64,000 nt of DNA. Source: Glycera tridactyla (Eukaryota). The notes beneath the pieces were generated by a model, which saw nothing but the letters and a program-made list of their open reading frames with translations, made no database searches and had not been told where the DNA came from. This document shows, piece after piece, positions 48,129-61,028 of the stretch (positions within the stretch are counted from its first letter, which is position 1; each line of letters begins with the position of its first letter). Both the position numbers and the translations under genes were made by a program. The stretch is taken from NCBI GenBank assembly GCA_965644265.1, contig OZ286459.1, positions 139,872,001-139,936,000 of the forward strand. The letters run 5' to 3'.

Positions 48129-48307
48129 GCCTGCCTTGGTGGCTCAGTGGTAGCATACTGGGCCGGAGTGCAATGGGTCTGAGGTTCAATCCCCGGTCTT
48201 ACCATGCCGGAACGTTTCACCCTTCATCTTCGCTCCTCCTTGGCAGGTGGTCCGATTAAGCCTACTCAAGTGCAGAGAGTGGACCTAAAAGCTCAAAATT
48301 TCCATTT
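48129..48307 (+). mobile_element. Full-length tRNA-SINE
   Basis: A and B boxes, same body as 23952-24128, CATTT tail; degenerate TSD CTACAAAACAC/CTGCAAAACTC. Confidence 0.9.
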
Positions 48308-48879
48308 ACTGCAAAACTCTGTGTTGTCAATCATACTACTCCTCTGCTCTAAATGTTTAAAAATATGGGCACATAGTTTTCACTTCAAAACATCAACCAG
48401 AAATTAGTGAAAATTGACAATCTTTTTTTGAATTTGGCGAAATATTTGGACTTACTAAGTTCATATGTGAATTTCCTGAGCTGGTCCCTAAGATCACACA
48501 CTCAGACCCACTGTCAGGGTCAATTTCAATGTCCTGAAGACATTTATTGCTTGACCTAACAAAACATAACACTTCAGGCCTTGGTATATGTGATTTATGA
48601 GGTGTGAGCTGAAACAAAGATATCATTTGTCCCTTTACCATTTTCTTGAGCCTATATTATATGTGTAGTTGGGTGATAACAGTCTTGCTATTCTATATGC
48701 CTAGGTTGACCCATGACCTCACCCAGGACACTGATCTGCCAGCTACCCTGTGAAAGGCAGATGTGCAGCCCCTCCTCCAAGGTCTCAACTCCTGTTGAAT
48801 AAACTGTAGATCCCGGAGAAGAGTATTTCCCATCAACTGGAGAGCTGTTGTTACTCCCCTTCATGAAGGAGGTAGTTTC

Positions 48880-50505
48880 TCTGACGGCCACAATTACCGC
48901 CCTAATTTCAATTCTACCCAGTTTTGGAAAACTCCTGGAAAGAGTGATCCACGCGAAATGCAGCGATTACATATACAGCCACAAACTTCTTTCAAACTGC
49001 AGATCGGGCTTCAGGAAGAACCACTCCACTGTGACCTGCCTCACAGACTTTGGGCATGCAATCTATAGTGCCATGGACAAAGGGGAACTCAGTAGGGTGG
49101 TCTTCCTGGGCCTGACGAAGGCGTTTGACACTGTGGATCACACGCAACATCTAGATAGACTATCTTCCCTAGGTTTTCGTAGATCAGCAGTATCTTGGTT
49201 TGCCTCATATCTGTCCAACCGTGAACAAGCAGTCAAGTTCCGTCAAAGCATTTCAAATTTCTTGCCGATCAAATATGGTGTCCCACAAGGCTCCATCCTT
49301 ATTGAGCCTCTCCTCTTTGTACTATATATTAATTCACTGGCCTCCATTGTAAATCAAAGCCTGGTTTTCATGTATGCCGCGATACGGCACTCCTGGCTAC
49401 AGGGAGGATGAAGTCTGCGAGATACTACTGTCAGACATGAACTCCGTCAGCCAATGGCTTGCGATAAACAAGCTCAGTTTGTACACCAAAAAGTAGAAAA
49501 TTATGTTCTTTGGAACACCACAATGCATAATGAGTTCGCATGGTAAGGACTTGCCCATGGAGTTCGAGATAGTCACTTCTTTTAAATACCTGGGGATCTG
49601 GCTAGATCCTAACTTCAACTTTAACGTACATATTGAGAAGCTCTGTAAACATGTTATCTCCAGACTCTTACGCCGAGTAAGGCCATTTATCAACATAAAA
49701 CTGGCAATATATCTCTTAAAAACCTTGATTCTATCTTTTATAAAGTATGGGGATATCATATATGTAGGGATGTGCAAACACTCTGTGCACCGGCTAGATG
49801 TTCTTGTCAACCCTGGTAAACGTATTTGCTTAAAATGCAAGCGACGTACCCACACTGGTGATCTATATTCTGAGTCTGGGATTTAATGTCTTGACAAAAC
49901 AAGAAAATTCCATACATTAACTGAATTTTATAAAATAGTGAATAACCAGGGGGCCACCAGCGCGTGTAATACCTTTAACGATCTTTATATTCCTGGAATA
50001 CGGAATACACCAGCCAATACTAAGGGCCACCTGCGTATACCTGGCACTCGCCTGAAGAAATCGGATGAAGATTTCTGTATAAGAGGTGCTTTTCTCTGGC
50101 ATTCCATTAGCGAGGAAACCAGAAATGCCCCGTCAGTTGGAAGTTTCAAGCGTAAACTCAAACTTGAACCAATGTTCATCGATGTTTTTTGAGATGGATG
50201 TTTCAATATTTCAATACATGGAACCATCTATGGCAGTATTGCACACTGACGCTTGCTGTAACCAGGACTGCGTGTGATCACCCCAGTGTCTTGCTCAAAT
50301 CTGTTTTCAAAACCTTGTTCTGTCTTGTCTCGAAATGCTGTATTTTATCCATATGTTAACTTGTGTTTTACTCTGTTTACATGTACTGTTTTGCCATGTT
50401 TTGCTAGATTGCGATTGGTTGTTTGTTATTGTACTCAAGAGGGGAAAGAAATAGTCTGTGATCTTCCCCTGGTGAGTGTAAAAAAAGTTTCAAAATTTGA
50501 ATTCA
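48880..50505 (+). mobile_element. 5'-truncated, frameshifted Crack/L2-like LINE
   Basis: ISILPSFGKLLERV, SGFRKNHST, FLGLTKAFDTV, GVPQGSIL, YLGIWLD, IRGAFLWHSI; terminal stem-loop AGGGGAAAG..CTTCCCCT followed by an AAAGTTTCAAAATTTGAA tail. Confidence 0.9.
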
Positions 50506-53449
50506 TAGGTGCTTAAAATCAATTTCAAGTTTGTGACAGGCTAAATAGATGGCTTTTGATAATGGAACTCAGCATAAACACATAAAGCTTCCAATTAAGC
50601 TATTTTGAATTTCTCGAAAGACTTTCATTCGCTGCACAGAGAGGGCCTGAGATGGAATTTGGCAGTACTGGAAGACTTGCTGTGCCTTTAGTACAAGGAA
50701 TCAAGTCGCAAATAAGAACAGTGTTTTGCTTTCTTTTTCTTCGAGTGAACTCTAGGAGGGTGAAATCACATGAATGGTGGTGAGGAACTGGAGGGAAGAT
50801 GACACCGGGTAGAGCCGGAGATGACCAAACTATTCTGATTAGAAACAAACATTGCCAAAAGGTGAATTCAATCTTGACAATTGTGTGTGATTAGCAAGAC
50901 AACATGGATTTCCTAATGGCAACAAAGTATGAAACAATGTAGCTGGTTAAATCATAGATGAACTTGGTCCCGGTTGAGGGCAAAATGGGGCCAGCTTGGA
51001 TTTGTAAGTATCCAACTCCCTCTTCTAGATGCAGCTCTCTTGGCAGATGTATTTATGCTAAATCAAACACAAACATGGAGTGTGTACCAGAAACATGTTA
51101 TATCACTGTGATGGACCATATTGTATATCAGCTAAAGTCACATAAAAAGTGCACAAGATTGGCCCAGTCCATGTGTAGTTAACATTGAATTATTTTTGGT
51201 GAAAACGTCATTAGTCCTTAATCTTCTCCCAGGCATTCGACTGATGTAGTCCAAAATGTAAAGTTGAGGCTATTCATTTGTGAATTTCTCATGAAAGCCT
51301 TCAGATATGCTCTGTTTGACAAACATTCATTTCACAGTTCACAATATTACCAATTGATTATTGAATTGCACCCCAGGATGTACCCCAGACACTTTATATT
51401 TCACTAACAGATGACATGTAGAAGCGCAGATGTCACTTATGGATGTAATATGAATGGGGATGTTTTTTGAGTGAGAAAACTGCATTGAGAAAATCACCTG
51501 GTGTATCTGTAGGGAAAAGTATCCTTGGTCTGAAGCTTGAGATTTCATGTAGAGGTCCAACTGAAGACTGTGTAAAATGATTTCTGGTGATTGGTTCTTC
51601 CAGCTGAAAATCTTGTTGCCATTCCTCCTCGTCATAATTCATATGTGCAAAATTAAGGAGACACTAGCTTTTAACACTTGCAAAACACAAGGAGCAGATG
51701 GAAGTTGGCATCAACACCACCAGCAGCACCACTTTCACCACCACAGAACCATTGATGTAACATCATGATTATATATGGATTGAATTCCTATTTTCTGAGG
51801 AATATCTGTGAAATGAAGTGAAAGTTCTCCCATGGGAAGTGCCATTAGCAGCACTTCTACATTCTGGGAATTCATGTCAAGCTGCCTGCATGGCATAACA
51901 CGCAGGAGAGGATGTTCTTCCCTGGGTAACTGTCATGCAGAACAATGGGACCAAACAATTGTCTTGAACAGCTTGATGATTTTTTTCAAGATGGTGGAGA
52001 TCAGAATAAAAATCTCACACAAATTTTATTCAGATTATGAGGGTTTTTCCGTGGTCTGAATGTACGGACAAAAACATTTTTTGAAGAGGGTTTGATCGAG
52101 ACCTGGCTCAGATAGATCGGTGCAGAAATGACGAGTTCCGTGGAGAACGTAGCTGTTTTTGAGTACAGCTATGCTGGGCTCTATAAAGGTGGGCTAATCA
52201 GCTGAGAACTTGCCATTTGACAGGTGGCCCGCTGAAATCAAGCCCGCCAGCACACTTCCATTGGAAGGAATACCCACCTCATGCTTGCCATGTGGCTAGA
52301 TAGATGTTTTGCTTCCATCAAACCGAATGTAGCATGTGGCAGGTAACTTCCTATCTCCACAGGCTTGTTGTATCAACTCAAGGTTTATGGCTACAAGAAG
52401 TCAATAAAGTCACCATTTCCAAAAAAAAACCTCGGTACTGAACATGGCGAGGGTATTTTCTGAAAAGAGCCATGATAGTGTAATTCCACTAAATATTCGG
52501 GATTATTATTATTCTTTTAGTCAAAAGTGGGGTGAGAAGTCATGTTTGATCAGTGAAAGATTGGCCAAACCATTTTTCCAGCTGTGCAACCAGGGATAAA
52601 TAGATTTGTCAAACTTGCCATGTACATGCGGAACTTCATGGCAATTACAGAGGTATTCACGGATTTCAGATTGGAATCATATTTTCCTCACAACTTGAGG
52701 GTGACTGGCGACTAGGCTTTACTGTGATTAACAGCTACTTGCACATTTGCACAGGGAAATACACAACTTACATATCAAGACCAGCTATATGAATGATCGC
52801 AATGGTGAAACAGTATCACTTAATCTTTCCGTGAACCATTTGTCTTGTCTGAGCACTGTTTAATCCAGAAAAATACAACTGCAAACAATGGCTCTGGCAC
52901 TCGGGAGCCTCCATGTTTGCCTGTCAGCCTTTTCTTCAGACCGAACTGAGACCGGTCGAATATATATTTGGGCGATGTTCAGCTTGGCAGACACATTTAC
53001 ATAGGTTCTGCTTCTCATTATTGATTTTTCGGAACTTCAATTGTGAAGGTATAGCAATTGTCTTATTACTACGCTCCAGGGCAAGTATGGTAAGCTGTTT
53101 ATCAATGGCACCCTTTCTTCCCGTAACTTTCATCTTAAGAGACTCCTGGTTGAAACAAAATGATTCTTTTGCAAATACAAGAGGGTGGAAATGTTTGATG
53201 GGATATTTTACTTGTATGTGCCAGGTTTCTGACGCGAGTACCAAATAATTGCAGTGCAATTTTCCTATACGATATCCTGATGATCACAGGCTTCACTCAG
53301 GTTATTCCCCAGTAGGACTCTCCCATATGTTCCTAGCAATACGTCACAACTTGGCGGCAGCCAGAAATGTGAATAAACGACTGCGAGGCTCGATTCTGTG
53401 GGTTTAGTTTTGGAATTAAAAATACAATTATGTGACATTTGGTGGGGAT

Positions 53450-54745
53450 GGATCCAGTTTTATCTCAGAGACCATATTCTATCATATTAATTGAAACATT
53501 GACTCATTTAGGCATCACTACCTCTTGCAAGTGGAATGTACTCACCCAACAGATCATGCAGGGATGCACCCAGGATTTTCAAAATTTGGGGCATTTGTCC
53601 TCTAATGTTAGCCTGAGGAAGGCATTTCCTCAATAATCTATGAATGTGATTGGCTAACAACCCAAGACCCTGAAATCCTTACCAGCGGCACTTTTCGCCA
53701 AGATATTGTGGACCAGAAACACCAACTGCTGGCCAATAGCTATTATAACTCAAATACATACTCTATCATTGCTAATTCTTTGAAATACATGGATTGATGC
53801 ATTTGTGATCAAACACACGGAAATCCGCAGATCCACAAAATCATCACATCCGCATCATCTGGAAAGGATACAAGTTGCTGCAATGCTTCTTCAGAAAGTT
53901 TCTTCCGTTTGCATGGCCCTGAAAAAGAAGCATCATCTGTCAAAATCCTATTGAATTATTTTCTGAATTAGCACAAAATAATGCACACTGAACCCTACCA
54001 GATTTTCAGTCATCTTTGAATAACCATACTAATAAACAATGGATTTTGTGCCCTTTCACCTTTCCAATAAGATGAAATACATACTCTATCATTGCTAATT
54101 CTTTGAAATACATGGATTGATGCATTTGTGATCAAACACATGGAAGGTATTCTATTTTCTAAATCAAAACTTCGTGGCTTTAGACCTTCTCAGCTCATGT
54201 GGTTCTCCTCCTATCTCGAGAATCAGACTCAATCTATCTAATATTATGATGTGACCTCTTCTGCACACCAGCTTGATTCTTTGTGTACCTCAAGGCTCTA
54301 TCCTTGGGCCTTTATTATCTGTTCTGTTCATTATTGATATCTTCTTCATGGCTCAATTTTCAAGTATGTTCATGTATGCAGACACTGCTATTATGGTCAG
54401 CAGTGGAGATGAGGATGACATCCTTCATGAGTTAGAATCAGATGTTCTCTCCAGAAAACAATAAACTCACGATTGACTGAAACAAATCCAAATCAATGTT
54501 GTTCGGTACTAGAATTTTTTTTCCAGTTTTGAGTGGAAAGTTATGAGTATCTCGGTGTCATCCTTGACTCTTGCCTGATCTTTAATCTTCATGTTGAAAC
54601 TTTAGTATCCAAAGTAAAAATTCATACCGGTCTATTATGGCGTTTCATCGATAGATCACTTGGTTTATACCTCTGCAGCAGCTTAACTCTCCCTTTCTTT
54701 GATTATAGTTATGTTCTTGTTCTTGGCCTCAGAGTTCAAAATTGA
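53450..54745 (+). mobile_element. Highly degenerate Crack/L2-like LINE fragments with a ~68-bp duplication (53751 and 54076)
   Basis: WFSSYLENQTQ, VPQGSILGPLL, MYAD, YLGVILDSCL. Confidence 0.75.
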
Positions 54746-54750
54746 AAGAA

Positions 54751-54967
54751 TAGGCCTATTCGACTGGTCGGTTTCGTTGAAAGTCCGTTGACGGAAATGT
54801 ACTCAACGATCGTGGCCCAGCCGAATAGGTTCTGTTCAATGAGTTCAACGCAGTCAAATGACCGTTGAGATTGTACACAACGAAAATGTGTTAACCCACC
54901 ACCCGAATACAAAACGTAGTCAATGGATCGGCCGTACTCAATGAAACCTACCAGTCGAATAGGCCTT
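54751..54967. mobile_element. MITE of the same family as 36877
   Basis: TIRs TAGGCCTATTCGACTGGTCGGTTTCGTTGA / TCAATGAAACCTACCAGTCGAATAGGCCT. Confidence 0.88.
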
Positions 54968-57608
54968 ATGCTATGACAATACATTACGTGCAGCACACAA
55001 AAGATACAACAGAACATCCTACTCAATCTTGCTTAAAGACTTGAATAGGGTCATTTTTTTCACCAGCTCTATAACAGGTTTGAACTTCACGATTCTGTGG
55101 CCATCTCTGGAATGACCTTCCTCTCAATATCTGTAGGTCGAAAAGCATATCCACTTTCAAACATAGACTTGAAAGTCATTTAAAGGGTTATTGTGAAACA
55201 CAGTTTCATATGATGTTGATTATTGTAATCACTCCTGGTCACTATCTTGTGATGGTGTACTTGGTTCTACTTCAGTCTCCGGCAGATATCCTGTAATTAC
55301 TAACTCAATATGCTTTCCCTAATAATGTCTATTTCACTGTCAATACTCATAATGGTTATCTGTAATATCAGTCCCCTGTGTAACATTACACCACTATCTT
55401 GTTTGCCCTCTTGTCGTAACATTTGTCCAAATTTGCTCAATATTCATTTGACCTGCTTGTCTTCACTGCCCACTATCTTGTAATGCCTCGTACCGCCTAC
55501 CACTACTTCATATCACTTCTTGACTCCATGCCTCAAACCTTCAACTCTTACCAGGTGGCATAAACTGATCTCTTTCCAGGTCATCTTCATGGTAATTGAT
55601 ACTATTCTGGTTCACTTACCAGTGTTGCCCTACCCTGATTAGATCAAACTCATGCTGCTACTTCCTTGATAGCCATGTATTCTGTATCAGCTATATACAT
55701 GCCTATTTACTTGGCTTTTACTACCTGTCAGTTGTACCTTTATTTGTCCAATTTTACCTGTCATTGACCACTATTCTGTTCACTGTTCACTGTATATGGT
55801 TGCATTCTGTTACTTGTGCTCCTAAGGGCAAAACATAGCCTTGCACGACCTGTCAGGGGCAAGTTCGGGTCAGTGACAATTGCTGCCAATCTTGCGTTTG
55901 ACTGGCTGGAGCTTAATAAAGTCTTTTCAATCCAATTAAATGTACAGCTTATCTATTTCATATTCCACACATTTCCTTGCAAGTTTGCTCATTTCAGTAC
56001 CCAAGTACCTCTGTGGGGAATGCATTGAACCCCATGAATTGTGATTCAACCTCAAATGATCAAAAACATTAGCGAAATTGTGAAAAACAAAGAAATGTAA
56101 CCTCTGGAGATTTAGGATATGCACGCTTGGATATATGACACATGGTTCAGCATCAAGTTTCGTTCCCACGACCCTGAAATTGCCCAAAGGTCAAACATAT
56201 TGGGCAAAACTGTAGACACTATGGCAATGAAGATATGCACTGAATTCAACATGGAAGGAATGACGAACCCATGATGTACAGAGGCTCGAGATTGAATGTA
56301 ATCCAATAGGCACCACTTTCCGAAGGATCAAATGACCTTGAACTTTGGTCTGAATCAAGACAAAACTTACACAAACACATGCAACTGATCTCAGTGATTC
56401 TTAGCTACAGGAAGTCAAAATTTGTGTGATCAACTGTTTTCACACTGAAGTGAAGTTTGAAAGAAAAAGCATTATTCAACACTCAAATAAATCCAACTAT
56501 AATATTGACAATATAAAAAGAACATCAAGAGAAAATGACCGACCTGATTTCCAACCAAAATTATCCACATTCCTTTCCTTGGACTTATCTTCCATTGAAT
56601 GTGATAGAAGAGTAATCACTTCACCATACTCATCATTCTCTATTTCCTAGGAAAAAATCAGAAAATGCAACGTCAATCATCTACACCCAATGATCAGCAT
56701 TCACTCTGATTTCATATCGTCCGTGATGACGATGCAGATATACTCCATAACAAAGTCCATTAGGATTCACCCAGAATGGTCATTTGTACCCTTCTGGAAC
56801 AGTATTTTGTGAAGCATGTCATGTATAGAAATAGTGGTACCAAAGAGGTTTTTGAAACTTCTATTAAGAATACTTCATCTGGCAAATATTGGATTGTCAA
56901 GCAGCCAAAAGTGGCCAAGGTTTGACGGGTATACTATAACTCCCAAATTGAATAAGAAGACACTGTGGTGATTGCAAATCTTCACAAAAGTTCACTGAGT
57001 GATGAAAAACCCAGTGGAGTTCGCCCACAGGTAAGGCCAATTGGCAACCCTGAACATGACAAAAACAGAGCGTGATAAGCCATTGAATCAGAGCAATGAA
57101 AAACACTGAAATATGGCTGATCCACTGAATGATCACATTAAGTCAAACTTGTCCTATCAAAATAGAAAAGCAGGGTTGATAGGGGTCAAGAATTCATCCT
57201 GATGAGTCCATCTCTCACTTTTTCGATTGAATAGCTACAGGTTATCATCCCACCTTGGTATTTTTTCACTACAATTGAGCTGGACTTAGCATGAACTGGC
57301 TTTCAGCACATGGTTTATGACATCCCTCTGCTTCATGCTTAGGACAAGTTTGACTGTATATGTAACAAATCACTGCCAGTATCTGCCGAGGACCAGTCAA
57401 GATATGCCAGTGACGAGCAGACATATGCAGGCTATCCTTGTCAATCCTGCACATGCGTTCTGGGGGTAAGAGCTGAAACTGTTTGCGTGAAATTGTAGCA
57501 GACTTGTCAATCCTGATTGAAGGAGTCAATCCTGGTTGCAGGACTATCCCCAACCATAGAAAGTGAATGGGGTGAAATCATCGACAGGTGAACACAAGCT
57601 TGCAGCTA

Positions 57609-58093
57609 CAGTAAAACCTGCTCGAGTGAAAACCTGTGCTAGGTAAAATCCTGTCTTGAGCACATACGCCACGGACCGCCCAACTGTTTTTTCACTTTAA
57701 TTGTCCTGGATTAGGCGAAATCCTGTCTAACCTGAACAATGAAACATCATTTTTGGTCCCGCGGTGCCTTCCATCCTGTCATAAGTGAAAAGTGAAGTTG
57801 TGATCAGCTCAATTGTGAGCGTTTCTACATTGCTTATTGCAGGTAATCGCCACCATTTAGGCCAGTGGCTGGTCATGTTAGAGAGGTGATCACTTGTCAC
57901 AGGTCATTTAAGAAGAATTTGGTATTTTGGCAAAAAGCAATCGTTCAAGAGCGGTGATCGCTCATGACAGGTTTCATTATATTTCTCATCCATATCAGAC
58001 AAACAGTAGTGAAATCCTGTGCTAAGTGAAATCCTGTCTTAAGTGAAAACAATTTTTGGTCCCGTGACTTTTCACTCAAGACAGGTTTTACTG
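57609..58093. mobile_element. Tc1/pogo-type MITE, probably composite
   Basis: TA|CAGTAAAACCTG ... CAGGTTTTACTG|TA; repeated GTGAAATCCTGT and TTTTTGGTCCCG motifs. Confidence 0.8.
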
Positions 58094-58209
58094 TATGTTC
58101 ACAGATTGTTGACAAGGTCATGAGATGAATGCAATATTGTTGACAATCTGCTACAATTCTTGATAAACCAAACCTGTTCCTATTGGGCTAACGGAGAAAA
58201 CGTTAGCCA

Positions 58210-58360
58210 GAATGGAAATGTTGAGGTTCTAGGTCCATTTTCTGCACTTGATTTGGCTAAATCAGACCACCTGCCAAGGAGGAGCGAAGATGAAGGAAGG
58301 TGAAACGTTCCTGCATGGTAGGACCGGGGATTGAACCCCAGACCCATTGCACGCCGGCCC
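58210..58360 (-). mobile_element. tRNA-SINE lacking the A-box end
   Basis: Same body and B-box as 23952-24128. Confidence 0.88.
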
Positions 58361-59061
58361 AAAACCCTGATAAGTATCTTAAGGGTCACAAAAAAGGGAC
58401 CTGTTTCCAATTACAAAATGTTACAAAACATTAGCGACAATTGCAGACATGAATGAGAAATGTGCCCCATGAAATTCCTCCTCCTCAAAACCATAGTGAT
58501 ATCACCCATAATACTACTCCTATTTCTAAAATACAATACTGACCAATGGGCTGAGTGGTGCAGGCGTTTTTGGCGTTTTCAAGGTTGAGATATGCGTTGT
58601 CTGTGAAAATCCACTCAGCTCTGTCATAACTTCAAAGAGGGCATCACAATTGATAGGTGACAATTCCAAGTTTGGTGAAGCAGCTGACATCAACTCCATA
58701 CACATCTGAGTGCTTGGCTGAAAAATATGTATAATGAGCACAATCTATGGGTATTGGTTGGATCATTCAAGACTCCTCCTCTTCTTCCTCATGTAGCCCA
58801 TCCTTGAAGCAAGGCTTGCATAGAGTAAATGCATATATTAGTCATATCTATCAAGATGATAAATATTCAGATGCCTAGTATTGATGTGCCCACCCAAGCT
58901 TCAAGAAACATGCACTCCTTATAAATTATTTTGCCTGCTGCTTAACAGCATTGCTCATTACCTCTGTTATTTTTCAGATCATTGATTATGCATCCACCAT
59001 GACATAAAAAAAGTTATAATCACTGATATTATGAGGATTGTACACACACTTTGTCTCATTC

Positions 59062-59305
59062 CCACAGGATAAGTTAATGTCCATACCCATTTCAAGACTA
59101 TGAACATAAAGAATGTACAATAAATGATTTGGGAAAAGTTGGCAGTCTGCTGAAAATTCCAATAATCTTAAGGATCATCAGGTTTGGCTTATTCCCACAA
59201 GATAAGTTGATATCTGTATCCATTTCAAGATTATGAACATGAAAAATAGGCAACAATGAATTTGGAAAATGTTGGCACCCTGTTGAGAATCCAATGACCT
59301 TGAGG
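59062..59305. repeat. Two degenerate ~125-130 bp tandem units
   Basis: CCCACA(G/A)GATAAGTT..CCATTTCAAGA(C/T)TATGAACAT..TTTGGAAAA(A)GTTGGCA occurs twice. Confidence 0.7.
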
Positions 59306-59808
59306 CATAATCTATGAGTTCCAGAACGTGTAGGAACGTTTCTATACAAAACTATCATGTGATGGCAACAATTCATTGAATATCTGCTTGTTAATAACAT
59401 GAAAAATGAAAACCATGCAGAGTTTAGCTCTGTTTAAATAGATGAGAGGGGGGAATTCATAAGCCTTAAAAAGCTTCACTTCCTGCCAAAAGCCCAAGTG
59501 TATCACAGGTACCATATATACTCGCATATAAGCCTTCTCCGCGTATAAGCCAGGGGTACGATTTCGCCTCCAAAAGTCGGGATTTAGTCAATTTCCCGCA
59601 TATGAGCCGCCCTCATGATTCTGCTGATCGAACACGGCAAATGTGCGAATATCGAAAGAAAAAAACGATCGTTTGAAGATGATGAAACTAGTCTGAGATC
59701 AGTTTCAGCAAGTCAATAAAAGTGATGAAAGGAGTGATACATCAAAGACAATCATGTAGAGAAGCCAATTCTGCCCTTACCCCACCATTTTACTGATCAT
59801 TCAATCCA

Positions 59809-60465
59809 TGTTTGTTTGTTTGAGGTTTAACGGCATGTATCAACCCACATGATTATTTATACCGTGTGTTCCTGGTTGATGAAAGCTAGATGTTCTCTCC
59901 CCTGCAGACATCACTCTCACAAACCCTGAACACAAGATGATGGGGAATCTGAAAGGTTGTCAAGTGGAAGTAGCTGACAGTTCAAACACACCTCTACCTG
60001 ATCTAAACATATACACAATAAACCTAGGATGGCATATCTAACTATTTAGCTGGCTGGAAGCTAACACCCAAGCCTGATAGCAATGCCTTTTTTCGCAAAG
60101 CGCAGCACTTGACACATAGAAAAGCATAAGGTTAGAAGAATATTTAACCAAAGTGTTCAATTACAAACTGACAACTTCAAACCAGCTTTACAATAATTTC
60201 ATGTCCTATACTCGCAGTACGATGCCATCACACATCCCAGTAACCTAGTCATCAGCCCTAGTAACCCAGAACTGGTGTGCTTGGTACCCGCTTTTTTGCA
60301 TAGTGACAATATCTGCAACAGGCAAACCGTTAGCTACCTACACCGGAGACCATTTCGCTGAAAGAAATAAGAAGGAGCTTAAGAAAAGAGGTGAATAGAA
60401 AGAAACCATGGTGATAGTGTAATTTTGGTAGAGATGACAGAAAATTTTAAGGTATGTTTTCAAGA
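59809..60465 (-). mobile_element. Family B copy nested in the pogo-like element
   Basis: TTTG tail and a colinear match to the reverse complement of 1740-2420. Confidence 0.9.
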
Positions 60466-61028
60466 ATGTACCCGCAAACAAAACTACAAGTGTTTCTTAA
60501 TAAGACTGGCTGACAGCTTCGATAGCGATCTCGGCGCAGTTGATTCATCATGTGATCATGTGGTTTCACCACAAAATAAATTATGCAAATGAGCAGAAAA
60601 TCGAATCTAGGTTAAGAAATATGCAAATGAGCAATAATTCAAATGTAGGTTAAGACAAATTGTTGTTGAGCTAGACTGGACTATCCAGGTTGCTCACTCT
60701 CAAAGTGAGCGATGATAGGTTATTTCACTGTGGCTGTGGAGCCCTGCACTGGCTACCGTTGGTTGTGTGAAAAAATAAACAGTCTAGATTCCATAATACC
60801 TTCCACTATCAAGTTACTTTTGTATCTGGCATCACGGATTCGATCTTTTTTCTTTTGCTTAATCTTATTCTTCTTCATTTGAATTTGAATTTGAATTATT
60901 TCTTGTTCTTAGTCTTGAACAATTTTTCATTGAGCATGCGCACAAGTGCCAAAATGGCGGTCAAAACAACTGATCTCAACCTGGCTGGTGAAGATGGGAA
61001 TATACAATTTTCTCTCAATAACTACGCG

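Noticed and set aside
57196-57240. CTGATGAG as a hammerhead ribozyme core
   Set aside because: No matching GAAA with pairing stems nearby; no convincing hammerhead or HDV-like fold was found by eye anywhere in the window.
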